The notes under the pieces were generated by a model. It was given only the letters and a program-made list of their open reading frames with translations. It did not search any database and was not told the origin of the DNA. From contig JAZKFH010000009.1 in the NCBI GenBank assembly GCA_040386535.1, positions 273,296-337,295 on the forward strand: DNA of 64,000 nt, read 5' to 3'. Within the stretch, counting starts at the first letter, position 1. Each line of letters opens with the position of its first letter. Positions 29,456 through 39,405 of the stretch are shown here, piece after piece. The stretch comes from Myxococcota bacterium (GTDB lineage Bacteria > Myxococcota_A > UBA796 > SXON01). A program made the translations under genes and the position numbers.

Positions 29456-31710
29456 GTCGTCTGCTCGATTGGCTGCTGGGCGGGTGTTGTGGGCCGGGCG
29501 GGACGCTCGTCTTCACGACGGAGCCGTGGATCGTCGGGACCGCTGCCCTCGGTGTGTTCCTCGCGCTGGTGCTGGCCGCGCGCCCGCGCCCGCGGAGCGC
29601 CCCCCGGTTCGCCGAGGTGGGGTTGCTCGCGGCGGCCGGCGCGGTGCTCCTCGCGGCCGTCGCCGGGCCGGTGTGGGTCCAGGAGGGCGATCGGATCGAG
29701 GCGGGCCGCTACGTCGTGCTGGTCGACGCGTCGCGATCCATGCAGGTGCTCGACGGGGACGGGAAGCCCCGCTCCGACAAGGTCGCCGCGCGCCTCGCGA
29801 AGCTGCCGGGCGCCGAGGTCTACTCCTTCGGTGACGGCCTGCGTCCCGGCGTGCCGCCCGCCTACGATGCCGGCGACACCGACCTCGGCGGGGCGCTCGC
29901 CGCCATCGCGCAGCGCTACGCGGGCGAGAAGCTCGAGGGCATCGCGGTCCTGACCGACGGCATCGACCGCGGCGGGCTGCGGCGCCGCGTGGTGGGCGAG
30001 TCGGACGCGGTGCTGCCGCGCCTCAACGGCCCGCTGACGCTGTACCAGGTAGGAGACGACGGCGGCCGGACCGACGTGTCCGTCACCGACGTGCGCGCGG
30101 GCGGCTTCGCCTTCCTTCGCGCCCCCTTCGCCATCGAGGTCGACGTGCGCGCCGTCGGCCCAATCGGACTCGGCGGCCCGCGCACGCTCCCGGTCCAGCT
30201 CTCCCGCGACGGGCAGCCCGCTGGCAACAAGACAGTCACGTTGGACGCCGAGGGAAGGGGCACCGCCCGCTTCGAGGTCACGCCCGAGGCCGTCGGCCGC
30301 TTCATCTACGAGGCCTCGACCCCCATCGCCGATGGCGACGCCGTGCCGGCCAACAACGCCCTCTCGCTCGCCGTGCGGGTCGTCCGCGACCGCGTGCGCG
30401 TGCTCCAGGTGAGCGGCTCGCCCTCGTTCGACCAGAAGTTCCTCCGCCTGTTCCTCAAGGAGGATCCGGCGGTCGATCTCGTGTCCTTCTTCATCCTCCG
30501 CACCGACCGCGACATGGGCGCCGGCTGGGACAGCTCCGAGCTCTCCCTGATCCAGTTCCCGTACACGAAGTTGTTCTCCAGCGAGCTCTGGTCGTTCGAC
30601 CTCGTCATCTTCCAGAACTTCGACTACCGGCCCTACTTCGCGAACGACGCGGACGAGCTGCTCGGCAACATCGCCCGGTACGTGAAGGAGAACGGCAAGG
30701 CCTTCGTGATGATGGGCGGGGATCGGAGCTTCGATCTCGGCGCCTACGCGGGCACGCCCATCGCGGACATCCTCCCGGTGCAGCTCGGCGTCACGGGAGA
30801 GGCCATCAACGCCGATCCCTTCTCGCCGCGGCTCACCGAGAGCGGCGGGCGCCACCCCATCACCCACATCGTGGGCGATCCGGCGGAGAACGAGCGGCTC
30901 TGGACCGGGCTCTCCGCGCTCGACGGGCTGAACCTCTCCCGCGGCGCGTCCCCGGGCGCGGCCGTCCTCCTGGAGCACCCGAGCCTGAAGGGGGACGACG
31001 GCAAGGCGCTCCCGGTGCTGGCCGTAGGGGAGTACGGCGCGGGCCGGTCGATGGCGCTCCTCGGCGACTCGTCGTGGCGCTGGTCGTTCTCCGAGGCCGG
31101 GGAGGGGAAGGGCAACCAGTCCTACCTCCGCTTCTGGAAGAACGCGGCGCGTTGGCTCATCGGCGATCCCGAGGATCAGCCCGTCGTGGTCGAGGCGAAC
31201 CGCGACAACTACCAGGTCGGGGAGGAGGTCCGCATCACGACGAAGGTGCGCAACGTCTCGTTCGCCCCCGTGGTCGACGCGAAGGTGGACATCACGATCG
31301 ACGGTCCGGGCGGCCGGCAGACCCTCCAGGGGGTCACCAGCGCCGACGGCAGCGTCGCCCTGGCCTTGCCCGCCGCCGAGCGTGGCGCGCACCGGGTGAA
31401 GGTCATGGCGCGTGGCGCGGGTGGCGCCGTCGTGGGGGACGCGCAGACCGCCTACGCCGTCACCACGCGCGATCCCGAGCTGGAGGAGGTCGAGCCCGAC
31501 AGCGCCTTCCTGCGTACGCTCGCCACGCGCACGGGCGGCCTGTACGTCGCCCCCGGCGACACCACCGCGCCGCTGCGGGACCCCGAGGCTGGCCGTCGCG
31601 TGCGGGACCGCACGGAGACCCCACTTTACGCGGCGCCGCTCGTCCCGCTGGCTTTCGGATTGTTCGTCTCGTTGAGCTGGTGGATCCGGAGGCGCGTCGG
31701 ATATCGGTAG
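29452..31710 (+). CDS. vWA-like plus glutamine amidotransferase-like membrane protein of the MoxR operon
   Basis: LVDASRSM, TDLGGAL, VLTDG, LVSFFILRT, MGGDRSF, GAGRSMAL..DSSWRW, C-terminal WWIRRR. Confidence 0.82.
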   Translation: MSRLLDWLLGGCCGPGGTLVFTTEPWIVGTAALGVFLALVLAARPRPRSAPRFAEVGLLAAAGAVLLAAVAGPVWVQEGDRIEAGRYVVLVDASRSMQVLDGDGKPRSDKVAARLAKLPGAEVYSFGDGLRPGVPPAYDAGDTDLGGALAAIAQRYAGEKLEGIAVLTDGIDRGGLRRRVVGESDAVLPRLNGPLTLYQVGDDGGRTDVSVTDVRAGGFAFLRAPFAIEVDVRAVGPIGLGGPRTLPVQLSRDGQPAGNKTVTLDAEGRGTARFEVTPEAVGRFIYEASTPIADGDAVPANNALSLAVRVVRDRVRVLQVSGSPSFDQKFLRLFLKEDPAVDLVSFFILRTDRDMGAGWDSSELSLIQFPYTKLFSSELWSFDLVIFQNFDYRPYFANDADELLGNIARYVKENGKAFVMMGGDRSFDLGAYAGTPIADILPVQLGVTGEAINADPFSPRLTESGGRHPITHIVGDPAENERLWTGLSALDGLNLSRGASPGAAVLLEHPSLKGDDGKALPVLAVGEYGAGRSMALLGDSSWRWSFSEAGEGKGNQSYLRFWKNAARWLIGDPEDQPVVVEANRDNYQVGEEVRITTKVRNVSFAPVVDAKVDITIDGPGGRQTLQGVTSADGSVALALPAAERGAHRVKVMARGAGGAVVGDAQTAYAVTTRDPELEEVEPDSAFLRTLATRTGGLYVAPGDTTAPLRDPEAGRRVRDRTETPLYAAPLVPLAFGLFVSLSWWIRRRVGYR

Positions 31711-31713
31711 CGG

Positions 31714-32229
31714 ATGATGTTGGTCCTGGTCGCGGCCGCCCTCGCTGGCCCGTCGCGTTGTGTTGCCACCTGGACCGGACCCGTCGAGGGCTGCGCGCTC
31801 CGCGCGGAGGTCGTCGCGAGCGGCGCCGGCCCGTCCGAGAAGGCCGCCGAGCGCGCCCTGCAGAAGCAGCTCACCCGCGTGGTCGATCGGTCTATCGCCG
31901 CCGCGCTCGCCCGCATGACCCTCGCGGACGAGAGCCAGTTCCGCGCGTGCGAGGACGTGGTGCAGGCCAAGGCGTACATCAACTGCTTCGAGGAGCCCGC
32001 CCTGGCGAGCCCCGCGTTCTGCTTCGTCGACCTACCCGATCCAACCTGTTGGACCGGCGAGGTGCTCCAGGTCGAGGACCTGGCGTGGCGCGCGCTCGAG
32101 GTGGGCCGCCACAAGATGTGCGCCGCGGTCGACGCGCGGCTCGTGGCGCAGAACTATACGGACCTGGCTACGCGCCGGGCGATCTGCGCCGCGTCCTGCG
32201 AGAGCAAGACCACCGTCCGGTGCCCGTAG
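31714..32229 (+). CDS. Cysteine-rich exported hypothetical protein
   Basis: Signal peptide, 10 Cys. Starts 3 nt after the preceding gene. Confidence 0.7.
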   Translation: MMLVLVAAALAGPSRCVATWTGPVEGCALRAEVVASGAGPSEKAAERALQKQLTRVVDRSIAAALARMTLADESQFRACEDVVQAKAYINCFEEPALASPAFCFVDLPDPTCWTGEVLQVEDLAWRALEVGRHKMCAAVDARLVAQNYTDLATRRAICAASCESKTTVRCP

Positions 32230-32250
32230 AAACAGCCCCCGCGGGCCGCT

Positions 32251-34023
32251 TCAGAGAGCGCCGATCTCCATGTCCCCGAAGCGCGCGATCACCGCGCCGC
32301 CCTCGGCCAACACGTCGACCACGACCAGATCCTCGCCGAGCGTGATCATCGCGACCTGGGGCTTGTCACCGGGGATGAGCCGCACGTCCTCGATGTCGAC
32401 CCGATCGAGGCCGTCGAGCAGGGGGAACGGCTTGCCGCCGGGGAGCCAGACGCCCATGGGGAGCGTCATGTCGTCGTCTCCCACCGCTTCGCGCGTGTAG
32501 ACGAGCAGCCAGCGGTCGCCGATGGCGCGCAGGTCGATCGAGCCGATGTCCGACTTGATGTCGAGGCGGGTGGGCTCGGAGTCGACCCCGAGCGCCTGGA
32601 ACCGCAGGCCCTTCTCGCCCTTGCCGGCCCACGCGAGCGCGATCTGCTCGCCGTCGGCACGGTACGCGGCCGAGGTGAGGCGGCCCGGGTAGCCCGCGGG
32701 GGCGGTCATGAGCTTGCCGATGCCGTCCTTGCGGACCGCGGCCACCGTGCCACCCTTGCCCAGCAGGATCGGATCGAGGCGCCCGCAGAAGCCGCGGTAG
32801 GTGCCGGCCGGCGCGCGCATGAGCTCGTGGAGCACGGTGCCGTCGAACCGGTGCACGGAGAGCGCGCCCTGGCGGCCGATGCCGTAGATGAGGAAGCCCT
32901 CGCCGTCGGGCACGATCACGGGCTTGACGACGGGCGTGTAGCCGAGGCGCACGGCGCGGGGCGGGCCGAAGTTGCCCTTCGCGTCGAGGGAGAGCACGGA
33001 GAGCTCGACGCCGGCGGGGCGATCGAGGAACACGGCGCAGTCGAAGCCCGTGGGCGTGGGGATCACCGCCCGGGAGAGCACCTGCTCGATCGGGATGGCG
33101 AGCGCCTGCGAGGCGCCCTTGAAGGGCTTGGACGAGCCCGAGACGATGGCGCGGAGGGTGAACGTGTCCTCGCCGTCGGCGTTCTCCCAGAACACGGCCA
33201 CGCCGCCGACGGAAACGGCGACGGACGGATCCTCGAAGTGCAGCTCGACGTCGGCCTGGGAGGCCGCGGAGGCCGGGGTGGGCTCGACGCTGGGGGGCAT
33301 CTTCGCCACCTTGAGCGCCTCGGGCTCGGCCACAACGTCGAACAGGTCGGCCTTCTCGAGGTTGGCGCCCGTGAGATCGGCGCCGGTCAGGTCGACCCCG
33401 GAGAGGTCGGCGCCGGTGAGGTTGGCGCCGGCGAGGTGGGCGCCCTTGAGCACGGCGCCCGCGAGGCGGGCCCCCGTCAGATCCGCGCGGACGAGGCGCG
33501 CGCCGCTGCCGTTCGCGCGCAGGAGCTCGGCGTTGACGAGGATGGCGCCGGTCAGGTCGGCGTCCCGGAGGTCGGCGTTGGCGAACCGGGCCTCGGTGAA
33601 GTCACACCCCGTGAGCGTGGCGCGGGTGAGCACCGCGTCCTTGAAGCGGGCGCCCGCGAAGCGGCTCTGGTCGCACTGGAAGCCGGTCAGGTCGGCCTCG
33701 CAGAAGTCGGCCCCCGAGAACTCGGCGCCGCTGGCCTTCGCGTCCCCGAGGTACGCCTCGCGCAGCCGCGCCTTGATGGCGACGACCTTGTCGAGCGTGG
33801 CGCCGGTGAGGTCCGCACCACAGAGGTTGGCCTTGGCGAGCACGGCGCCGGTGAGGTCGGCGCCGGAGAGGTCCGCCTTCTCCATGTTGGCGCCGGACAG
33901 GTCCGCTCCGACGAGGGAGAGCCCGGAGAGATCCGCAGCGAAAAAGTCGAGCGTGACGCGAGCGCCGCGCTTCGCGTTGAATTCCTCGATCTTCCCGGTC
34001 GTCAACAGCTCGAAGAGGGTCAA
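32251..34023 (-). CDS. Pentapeptide-repeat protein with a C-terminal beta-rich domain
   Basis: About 200 aa of A(D/N)LxG repeats. TTG start. Confidence 0.9.
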   Translation of the reverse strand: MTLFELLTTGKIEEFNAKRGARVTLDFFAADLSGLSLVGADLSGANMEKADLSGADLTGAVLAKANLCGADLTGATLDKVVAIKARLREAYLGDAKASGAEFSGADFCEADLTGFQCDQSRFAGARFKDAVLTRATLTGCDFTEARFANADLRDADLTGAILVNAELLRANGSGARLVRADLTGARLAGAVLKGAHLAGANLTGADLSGVDLTGADLTGANLEKADLFDVVAEPEALKVAKMPPSVEPTPASAASQADVELHFEDPSVAVSVGGVAVFWENADGEDTFTLRAIVSGSSKPFKGASQALAIPIEQVLSRAVIPTPTGFDCAVFLDRPAGVELSVLSLDAKGNFGPPRAVRLGYTPVVKPVIVPDGEGFLIYGIGRQGALSVHRFDGTVLHELMRAPAGTYRGFCGRLDPILLGKGGTVAAVRKDGIGKLMTAPAGYPGRLTSAAYRADGEQIALAWAGKGEKGLRFQALGVDSEPTRLDIKSDIGSIDLRAIGDRWLLVYTREAVGDDDMTLPMGVWLPGGKPFPLLDGLDRVDIEDVRLIPGDKPQVAMITLGEDLVVVDVLAEGGAVIARFGDMEIGAL

Positions 34024-34111
34024 AATCCACTGCTCCCATTCCGTACGGTGAGGACGGCGGCACGGGGCTTATCCATCCGCGACGCCCCTCGCCATGCTTT
34101 CGGCCTGCTTG

Positions 34112-35692
34112 TCAAGGGGAAGGCTCGGTGGAAGGCAGGGGAGCGTCCAGGGCGTCGCCCCATCCGCCCGTCCAGGGCGTCTCTCCCTCGAACGGATCCC
34201 GCGGCGCGCGCGTCGCGACGAGCTCCACCGTGAGGGGGCCGCCCGCGTCCGCGAAGCCGGTGGTGCTGACGAGCGTGGCGCCCGGCATGCCGAGCGCCGC
34301 CCCGATGCGATCGGATCGCGCGCCCGGCTCTACCCCCACGATCCGCTCCCGCAGCCACAAGGCGGCGGCGCCGGTCGCGCCGAAGCGGACGCGGAACTCC
34401 TCCCCGGAGAGCTCGAGCGTGCGGGTGAGCCGACCGGGCGCCGTCGGCACCTCCGCGGCCGCGCCGACGGCCGCCTTGCCGAGCCAGCGCGTGCCGATCT
34501 CGCCGGTGGCGCACGGCTCGCAGCTCGGGTCCACCCAGAGGGTCTTCCCCTCGAGCTCGAGGATCAACAACATCGCGTCGAAGCCCGTGAGGGACACCGC
34601 GTCGGCCTGCTCGCCCGTGAGCACCCAGCCCGCGCGGAGCTTCTCCTGGCCGAAGAACCGGTGCAGGATCAGCGCCCGTTCGATGTTGGTGGCCCACCCG
34701 GAGCGCCACGCCTTGTTGAGCTGGCGCGGCTTGAGCGGATTTTCGCCAGGGAGTGCGCCGTGGCGCAGCTTGCGCACCTCGTCCATCAGCTGGAGGTAGA
34801 GGTTGGGGCGGTCGAGCCGGTCGCGGATGCTGACCGGCACGGCCGGTTCGGGGAGGCTCAGCCGCGCAAAGCGCCAGTCCAGGCCGGCCACGAAGGTGGC
34901 GGTGTCGGGCACGACGGCGGCGCCACCGGCACGTGCAACGCGCCACCGCGCCACGCCGCCTTCGGGCGCGTCGAACCGGATGCCCCCGGCGACAGGCGTG
35001 GAGGTGACGCCGGGCCCGGGGGAGGGGACCCACTCCACCGCCGGGCCTACGAGCGTGAGCGAGCCCGCGGGCAGCGTGCGCGCCCCGAGCGGCTCGGCGC
35101 CCGGGACGGTGTAGCGGACCGTCGCGGTGCGGGTGCCCGCGGGGACCACGAGGCCGAGCGGCACGGCGGTGAGGCCCCCGGCGTCGATCTCGGTGGCGCC
35201 CGGGGGGAGCGGGAGGATCCGCGCGGCCGCGTCGTCGGCGAAGGTCACGGTGAGCTCGACGCGCGTGGAGGCGCGGGCCGGATCCGCGAACCCCCAGCCG
35301 GGGTGGCGGGCATCGAGCGTGAGGGTGCGGACCTCGTGCGCGGTCTCGGCGGGGGGCGGCACCTCCGCCGGCCCGAGGCGCACGGTCAAGCTCTCGCCCG
35401 CGACCCCCACGTCCAGCTCGGCGCGCCCACCCACCACGAGCGCGGGCAGCCCGATCTCCCAGCCGCCGCCGGGCAGCTGGCGCCGGTTGTCGTCGGTGAG
35501 CCGCACCCGGCGCTCCTCCGGCGTCCAGAGCGTGGCGTCGAGCGTGAGGGGGCGATCGGACTCCAGGGTGACCGTGCGGCACCCCACGGGCTCGTCGAGC
35601 GCCTGGATCACGACGACGACACCGTCCGCGCTCTCGAGCTGCTCGACGGCGCAAGCCGCGTGGGCGGGCGGGAGGAGCAAGAGCGGAAGCAT
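34112..35692 (-). CDS. Exported transglutaminase-like protein, probably inactive
   Basis: Signal MLPLLLLPPAHA. AWRSGWATNIERALIL ... FDAMLL ... WVDPSCEPCATG resembles the transglutaminase core. Confidence 0.55.
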   Translation of the reverse strand: MLPLLLLPPAHAACAVEQLESADGVVVVIQALDEPVGCRTVTLESDRPLTLDATLWTPEERRVRLTDDNRRQLPGGGWEIGLPALVVGGRAELDVGVAGESLTVRLGPAEVPPPAETAHEVRTLTLDARHPGWGFADPARASTRVELTVTFADDAAARILPLPPGATEIDAGGLTAVPLGLVVPAGTRTATVRYTVPGAEPLGARTLPAGSLTLVGPAVEWVPSPGPGVTSTPVAGGIRFDAPEGGVARWRVARAGGAAVVPDTATFVAGLDWRFARLSLPEPAVPVSIRDRLDRPNLYLQLMDEVRKLRHGALPGENPLKPRQLNKAWRSGWATNIERALILHRFFGQEKLRAGWVLTGEQADAVSLTGFDAMLLILELEGKTLWVDPSCEPCATGEIGTRWLGKAAVGAAAEVPTAPGRLTRTLELSGEEFRVRFGATGAAALWLRERIVGVEPGARSDRIGAALGMPGATLVSTTGFADAGGPLTVELVATRAPRDPFEGETPWTGGWGDALDAPLPSTEPSP

Positions 35693-35929
35693 GGCGACTC
35701 CGGGTCTGGGGGCGGGGCGAGGTGCGGGGGGCGAGCCGCGGGAGACGGGGCGGGGGCCGATATCCCGAGCGAACATTTTCGTGGGGCCCCTTGACGCGGT
35801 TCGCCTGACGGGAGCCCGACCGACGTCCGTCAGGGGGTGACGGAAAACGGTCAGCCGGCACGCGGATTCCGTGCGTTCGTCCGTGGCCCGCCGCTTGCTC
35901 AGGGTCGCCGTGCCATCCCTGGAGGCATC

Positions 35930-37204
35930 GTGACCGAACGTTCCATACTCCCCGACTTCATGCCCATCGACCCCTGGTGGGACCTGTACATGCCCGCCAC
36001 CTTCGGCGAGCCGAGCGCGGTGCTCGACGCGCTGGAGGCCGCGGAGGCCTCGACACCGCTGGGCAGCCGCGGGGATGTCTACGCCGTCGCCGCGCGGGCG
36101 TTCGCCGTGTTGGGCCGGCCGGTCGAAGCCGAGCGGCTGTTCGAGCAGGCCTTCCGGCTCGGCGGGGTCGAGGCCGACGCGCTCGCCACGTTCTTGAGCC
36201 CGGACGGCATCGAGCGGGCCACGAAGCGCCTCCAGGGCGGCGGTCGGCCCGGCGCGCGCGCCGACGCGGGCTGTGATCTTGCCGCGTTGCTCCTGCCGCT
36301 CGGGCGGGTCGACGCCGCGCGGGATGCTGTCGAGCAGGCGCTCGGGGTGTGCCCCGGGCACGCGGAGGCGTCGCGCTGGCGCCGCTTCCTCGCGGGTGAG
36401 GACGTGATGGCGCAGGTGCGCGTGGCCAAGGATCCGCGCCGGAGCCGGCGGGGCACGGTGGCGCGCGACGCGACGGAGCTCCTCCCGACGCGGCGCACGG
36501 GATGGCTCTCGGCGGAGCGGTACCACCGTCGGGTGCTCGGCAGCCAGCCCCAGGCCTCCTGGGCGCCCGCGGGCACGGCGCTCGGGCGCCTTCAGGACGC
36601 CGGGGTCTCCGTGTGCTTCTTCGCGCTCGACCATGAGTACGCGCGGGTGCCCGCCGATCACGCCCTCGTGGCGCTCGAGCTCGACGCGGACGCCCTCCGC
36701 GCCTGCGTCGAGGAGGGGCGCGACGTCGTGGCCGAAGCCGCGCGGCTCTGGGAGGCGTCCGCGCACGATCCGGAGGCGCAGCAGGACGCCGCGCAGCTGC
36801 TCCTCGCCCTCGCCACCAACGACGCGCGGCTCGCCCCCGTCGGGATCCAGGCGGCCATGTGGCTCGCCCTCCACCACCCCGACCGGGGCCTGCTCTGGGA
36901 TGGCTACCTCGCCTGGTTGTCCCACGTGGCCGGCATCGGCACCGGCGTGACGCGCGCCCGCGAGCTCGTGGCCACCCGCCCGATGGAGCCGCTCGTGTGG
37001 AAGATGGCGATCGAGGTCCTCCGCGCCGAGGGCCATCACGACGAGGTCGAGGTGCTCGCCCGCGCCGCGCGCAGCGAGCCCGCCCTGTCCGCGCTCGCCT
37101 GCGAGGTCCTCGACGATCCCATCCCCTCGCCGGTGCGCATGGTGGTGAGCGGGCGGCTCACGCCCCGGTGGCCGCGTTCGACGCGGCGGGCCCGCGCCCG
37201 CTGA
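35930..37204 (+). CDS. Hypothetical alpha-helical/TPR-like protein
   Basis: GGAGG before GTG 35930. TPR-like LGRPVEAERLFEQA and LGRVDAARDAVEQAL. Confidence 0.65.
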   Translation: MTERSILPDFMPIDPWWDLYMPATFGEPSAVLDALEAAEASTPLGSRGDVYAVAARAFAVLGRPVEAERLFEQAFRLGGVEADALATFLSPDGIERATKRLQGGGRPGARADAGCDLAALLLPLGRVDAARDAVEQALGVCPGHAEASRWRRFLAGEDVMAQVRVAKDPRRSRRGTVARDATELLPTRRTGWLSAERYHRRVLGSQPQASWAPAGTALGRLQDAGVSVCFFALDHEYARVPADHALVALELDADALRACVEEGRDVVAEAARLWEASAHDPEAQQDAAQLLLALATNDARLAPVGIQAAMWLALHHPDRGLLWDGYLAWLSHVAGIGTGVTRARELVATRPMEPLVWKMAIEVLRAEGHHDEVEVLARAARSEPALSALACEVLDDPIPSPVRMVVSGRLTPRWPRSTRRARAR

Positions 37205-37207
37205 CGA

Positions 37208-37831
37208 TCAGAGCGCCGTCGTCGTCGCCCCCGCGCCCTCCAACAGGGCGCGGTACCACGCGACAACGCGCTCCGTACGGTCTCCCAGCGCGGCGCTCCC
37301 CCACACGACCGAGAGGGTGCGCCGCGTGTCGGGGGTGGTCTTCGTGCGCTGGGCGTCCTTCACCGCGTTGGCGCAGGGGCCATCGGCGTCGAACAGGCAG
37401 AGCAGGCCGCCGATGTCGATGGTCTGCCCCGACGCGTTGAACACGTAGGTCGCCTCCGCGGGGGCGATGCCGACGCGGAGGGGCGGGGTGGAACGGTCGA
37501 GGTCGATGACGCTGATGGGGAGCCCGCTGTGGAGCGAGACCGCGTTGCACGTGTCGACCACGACGTTGATCGGGCCGAGGAAACCCTCCGCGGCGGCCTT
37601 GAGGAGGTACTCGCTCGCGGGCTTGCTCCGGCCGGTAGGCTTGAACCCGCCGTGGCGCAACAGGTCGCGGATGGCGGCGCGCGTGGCGTCGTCGCTCGCG
37701 AGGGGCGCGGGTGCGTCCGGCTTCAGCAAGGCGAGGATCTCGGCGGGCGTCGCGACCTCGCCGATGGGGGCCGGAAACGTGGTGGTGAAGGCGCCGAGCG
37801 CGAGGAGGGGATGGGGTTCGAGCGCGAGCAT
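37208..37831 (-). CDS. Stand-alone B3/B4 (PheRS beta-like tRNA-binding/editing) domain protein
   Basis: GFKPTGRSKPASEYL, INVVVDTCNAVSLHSGLPISVIDLD. Confidence 0.85.
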   Translation of the reverse strand: MLALEPHPLLALGAFTTTFPAPIGEVATPAEILALLKPDAPAPLASDDATRAAIRDLLRHGGFKPTGRSKPASEYLLKAAAEGFLGPINVVVDTCNAVSLHSGLPISVIDLDRSTPPLRVGIAPAEATYVFNASGQTIDIGGLLCLFDADGPCANAVKDAQRTKTTPDTRRTLSVVWGSAALGDRTERVVAWYRALLEGAGATTTAL

Positions 37832-37872
37832 CGGGCTCTCTATCGGGCGCGTTTCCCGTTAGCCCCCCACCC

Positions 37873-39405
37873 ATGGACTGGCTCACGCCGACCGCTACCT
37901 GGATCCGCCGCGAGGGCGCCGCGCTGGTACGCGTCCCCGCGGGCCCGCTCGAGCCGCTCGTGGAGGCCGCGCTGCGCGACGGCACCGGCCTCGTCGTGCT
38001 CGGCGTGTTCGGCTCGGGCAAGACCGAGATGGCCCGGCGCGTCGGCGCGCGCCTCTCCGTGCCGGTCATCCCGCTCCGGGTCGTCGCCCGCGCCAAGGAC
38101 CGCGCCGCCACGCTCGCAACGCTGCTGAACGGCTCGGACACCGCCATCCTCGACGGGCTCGACGAGATCGGCCGCCCCGACGACCTCGGCGCCGCCGAGA
38201 TGTTCGCGTGGCTGACCACGCGCGTGCGCCGCTGGGTCCTCACCAGCCGCCCCGGCCACGTCCGCACCGACCTGTCCGATCCGGACCCGGGGCAGGTCGA
38301 CTGCCTCCACCTCCCGATGGTGGAGATCGCGCCCTACCCGGTGCCCCCCGACGCGCCGGCGTTCTGCGGCGACAACGCCGTGCTGCTCTCGCTCTGGCTG
38401 CGGGGGGCCCGCGGCGCCACGCCGGCCGCGCTCGTCGAGGACCACCTGCGCCCCACGGACGCGATCGAGCCGCTCGAGGCGCTGGCGTGGGCCTCGCTCG
38501 TCGAGCGTGACCTGTCCCACGAGGGCGGCTCCTTCCGCGCCGAGGAGCTCCGCGGGCTGCCGGCCTGGCTCTTCGTCGAGGATCTCGACGGGCGCTTCCG
38601 TTTCGGGCACCGATCGCTCTACGACGCCCTGGTCGCGCGTCGCCTCGCGCGTCGGCTCGCCGCCGGGCAGGGGAAAGGCCCGGACGATCTCACCGGCCTC
38701 GTCCTCTCGGGGGCCATGCGCGCCTTCCTCGCCGGCGCGTTCACGGCCTGGGAGTACGACGAGGACTGGATCTCCGTGCCCCAGGGCAACTTCGTGAGCG
38801 GTGGCGCCCGCGGCGCGGACGAGCGCCCCCTGGTCATCAGGCACCTCACGCGCGACGTGAAGATCGCGCGCCGCCCCGTCACCAACGCCGCCTTCCAGGC
38901 CTTCCTCGACGCGACCGGGCCGCGCCCGCCGTGGCTCCTCCGGCTCTCGCATTGGCGGGACGGGCGGTGCCCCGCGGCGATCGCGGACCACCCCGTGATG
39001 ATGCTGCGTCCCGACGACTGCGACGCCTTCGCGGCCTGGGCCGCCTCCACCTCCAACCGCGCCGCCCGCCTCCCGACGGCGGACGAGTGGGAGAAGGCCG
39101 TGCGCGGCTGGGACGGCCGCTACTTCCCGTGGGGGGACCGCTTCGATCCGGCGCGCGCCAACACCGCCGAAGCAGGGCGCGAGACGACGGCGCCCGTCTC
39201 CACCTACCCGCAGGGGAGCGGCCTGTACGGCGCCATCGGCGACGCGTTCGAGTGCACGTCGAGCCGCTACCGGGACCGCCCCGACCGGGGCCGCGTCGTG
39301 ATGGGCGGCAGCTTCGCGCACACCGCGCTGCGGGCCTCCCTGCGCCTGTCTCACACGCTCTCGGGGCGGCTCAAGATCGGGCTCCGGCTCGCCGAGGAAC
39401 CATGA
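37873..39405 (+). CDS. P-loop NTPase (NACHT-like) fused to an FGE-sulfatase/SUMF1 domain
   Basis: GVFGSGKT Walker A, ILDGLDE Walker B, LTSR, FRFGHRSLYD, PVTNAAF, RLPTADEWEKAVRG..YFPWG. Confidence 0.85.
   Translation: MDWLTPTATWIRREGAALVRVPAGPLEPLVEAALRDGTGLVVLGVFGSGKTEMARRVGARLSVPVIPLRVVARAKDRAATLATLLNGSDTAILDGLDEIGRPDDLGAAEMFAWLTTRVRRWVLTSRPGHVRTDLSDPDPGQVDCLHLPMVEIAPYPVPPDAPAFCGDNAVLLSLWLRGARGATPAALVEDHLRPTDAIEPLEALAWASLVERDLSHEGGSFRAEELRGLPAWLFVEDLDGRFRFGHRSLYDALVARRLARRLAAGQGKGPDDLTGLVLSGAMRAFLAGAFTAWEYDEDWISVPQGNFVSGGARGADERPLVIRHLTRDVKIARRPVTNAAFQAFLDATGPRPPWLLRLSHWRDGRCPAAIADHPVMMLRPDDCDAFAAWAASTSNRAARLPTADEWEKAVRGWDGRYFPWGDRFDPARANTAEAGRETTAPVSTYPQGSGLYGAIGDAFECTSSRYRDRPDRGRVVMGGSFAHTALRASLRLSHTLSGRLKIGLRLAEEP

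Noticed and set aside
35693..37039. N-terminal 449 aa of the 975-aa ORF 34112-37039
   Set aside because: Shadow of the plus-strand gene and intergenic DNA. A signal peptide marks the likely start at 35692.
38760..39405. Diversity-generating retroelement target (FGE-type C-lectin fold)
   Set aside because: No reverse transcriptase gene and no adenine-variant template repeat was seen in the window.
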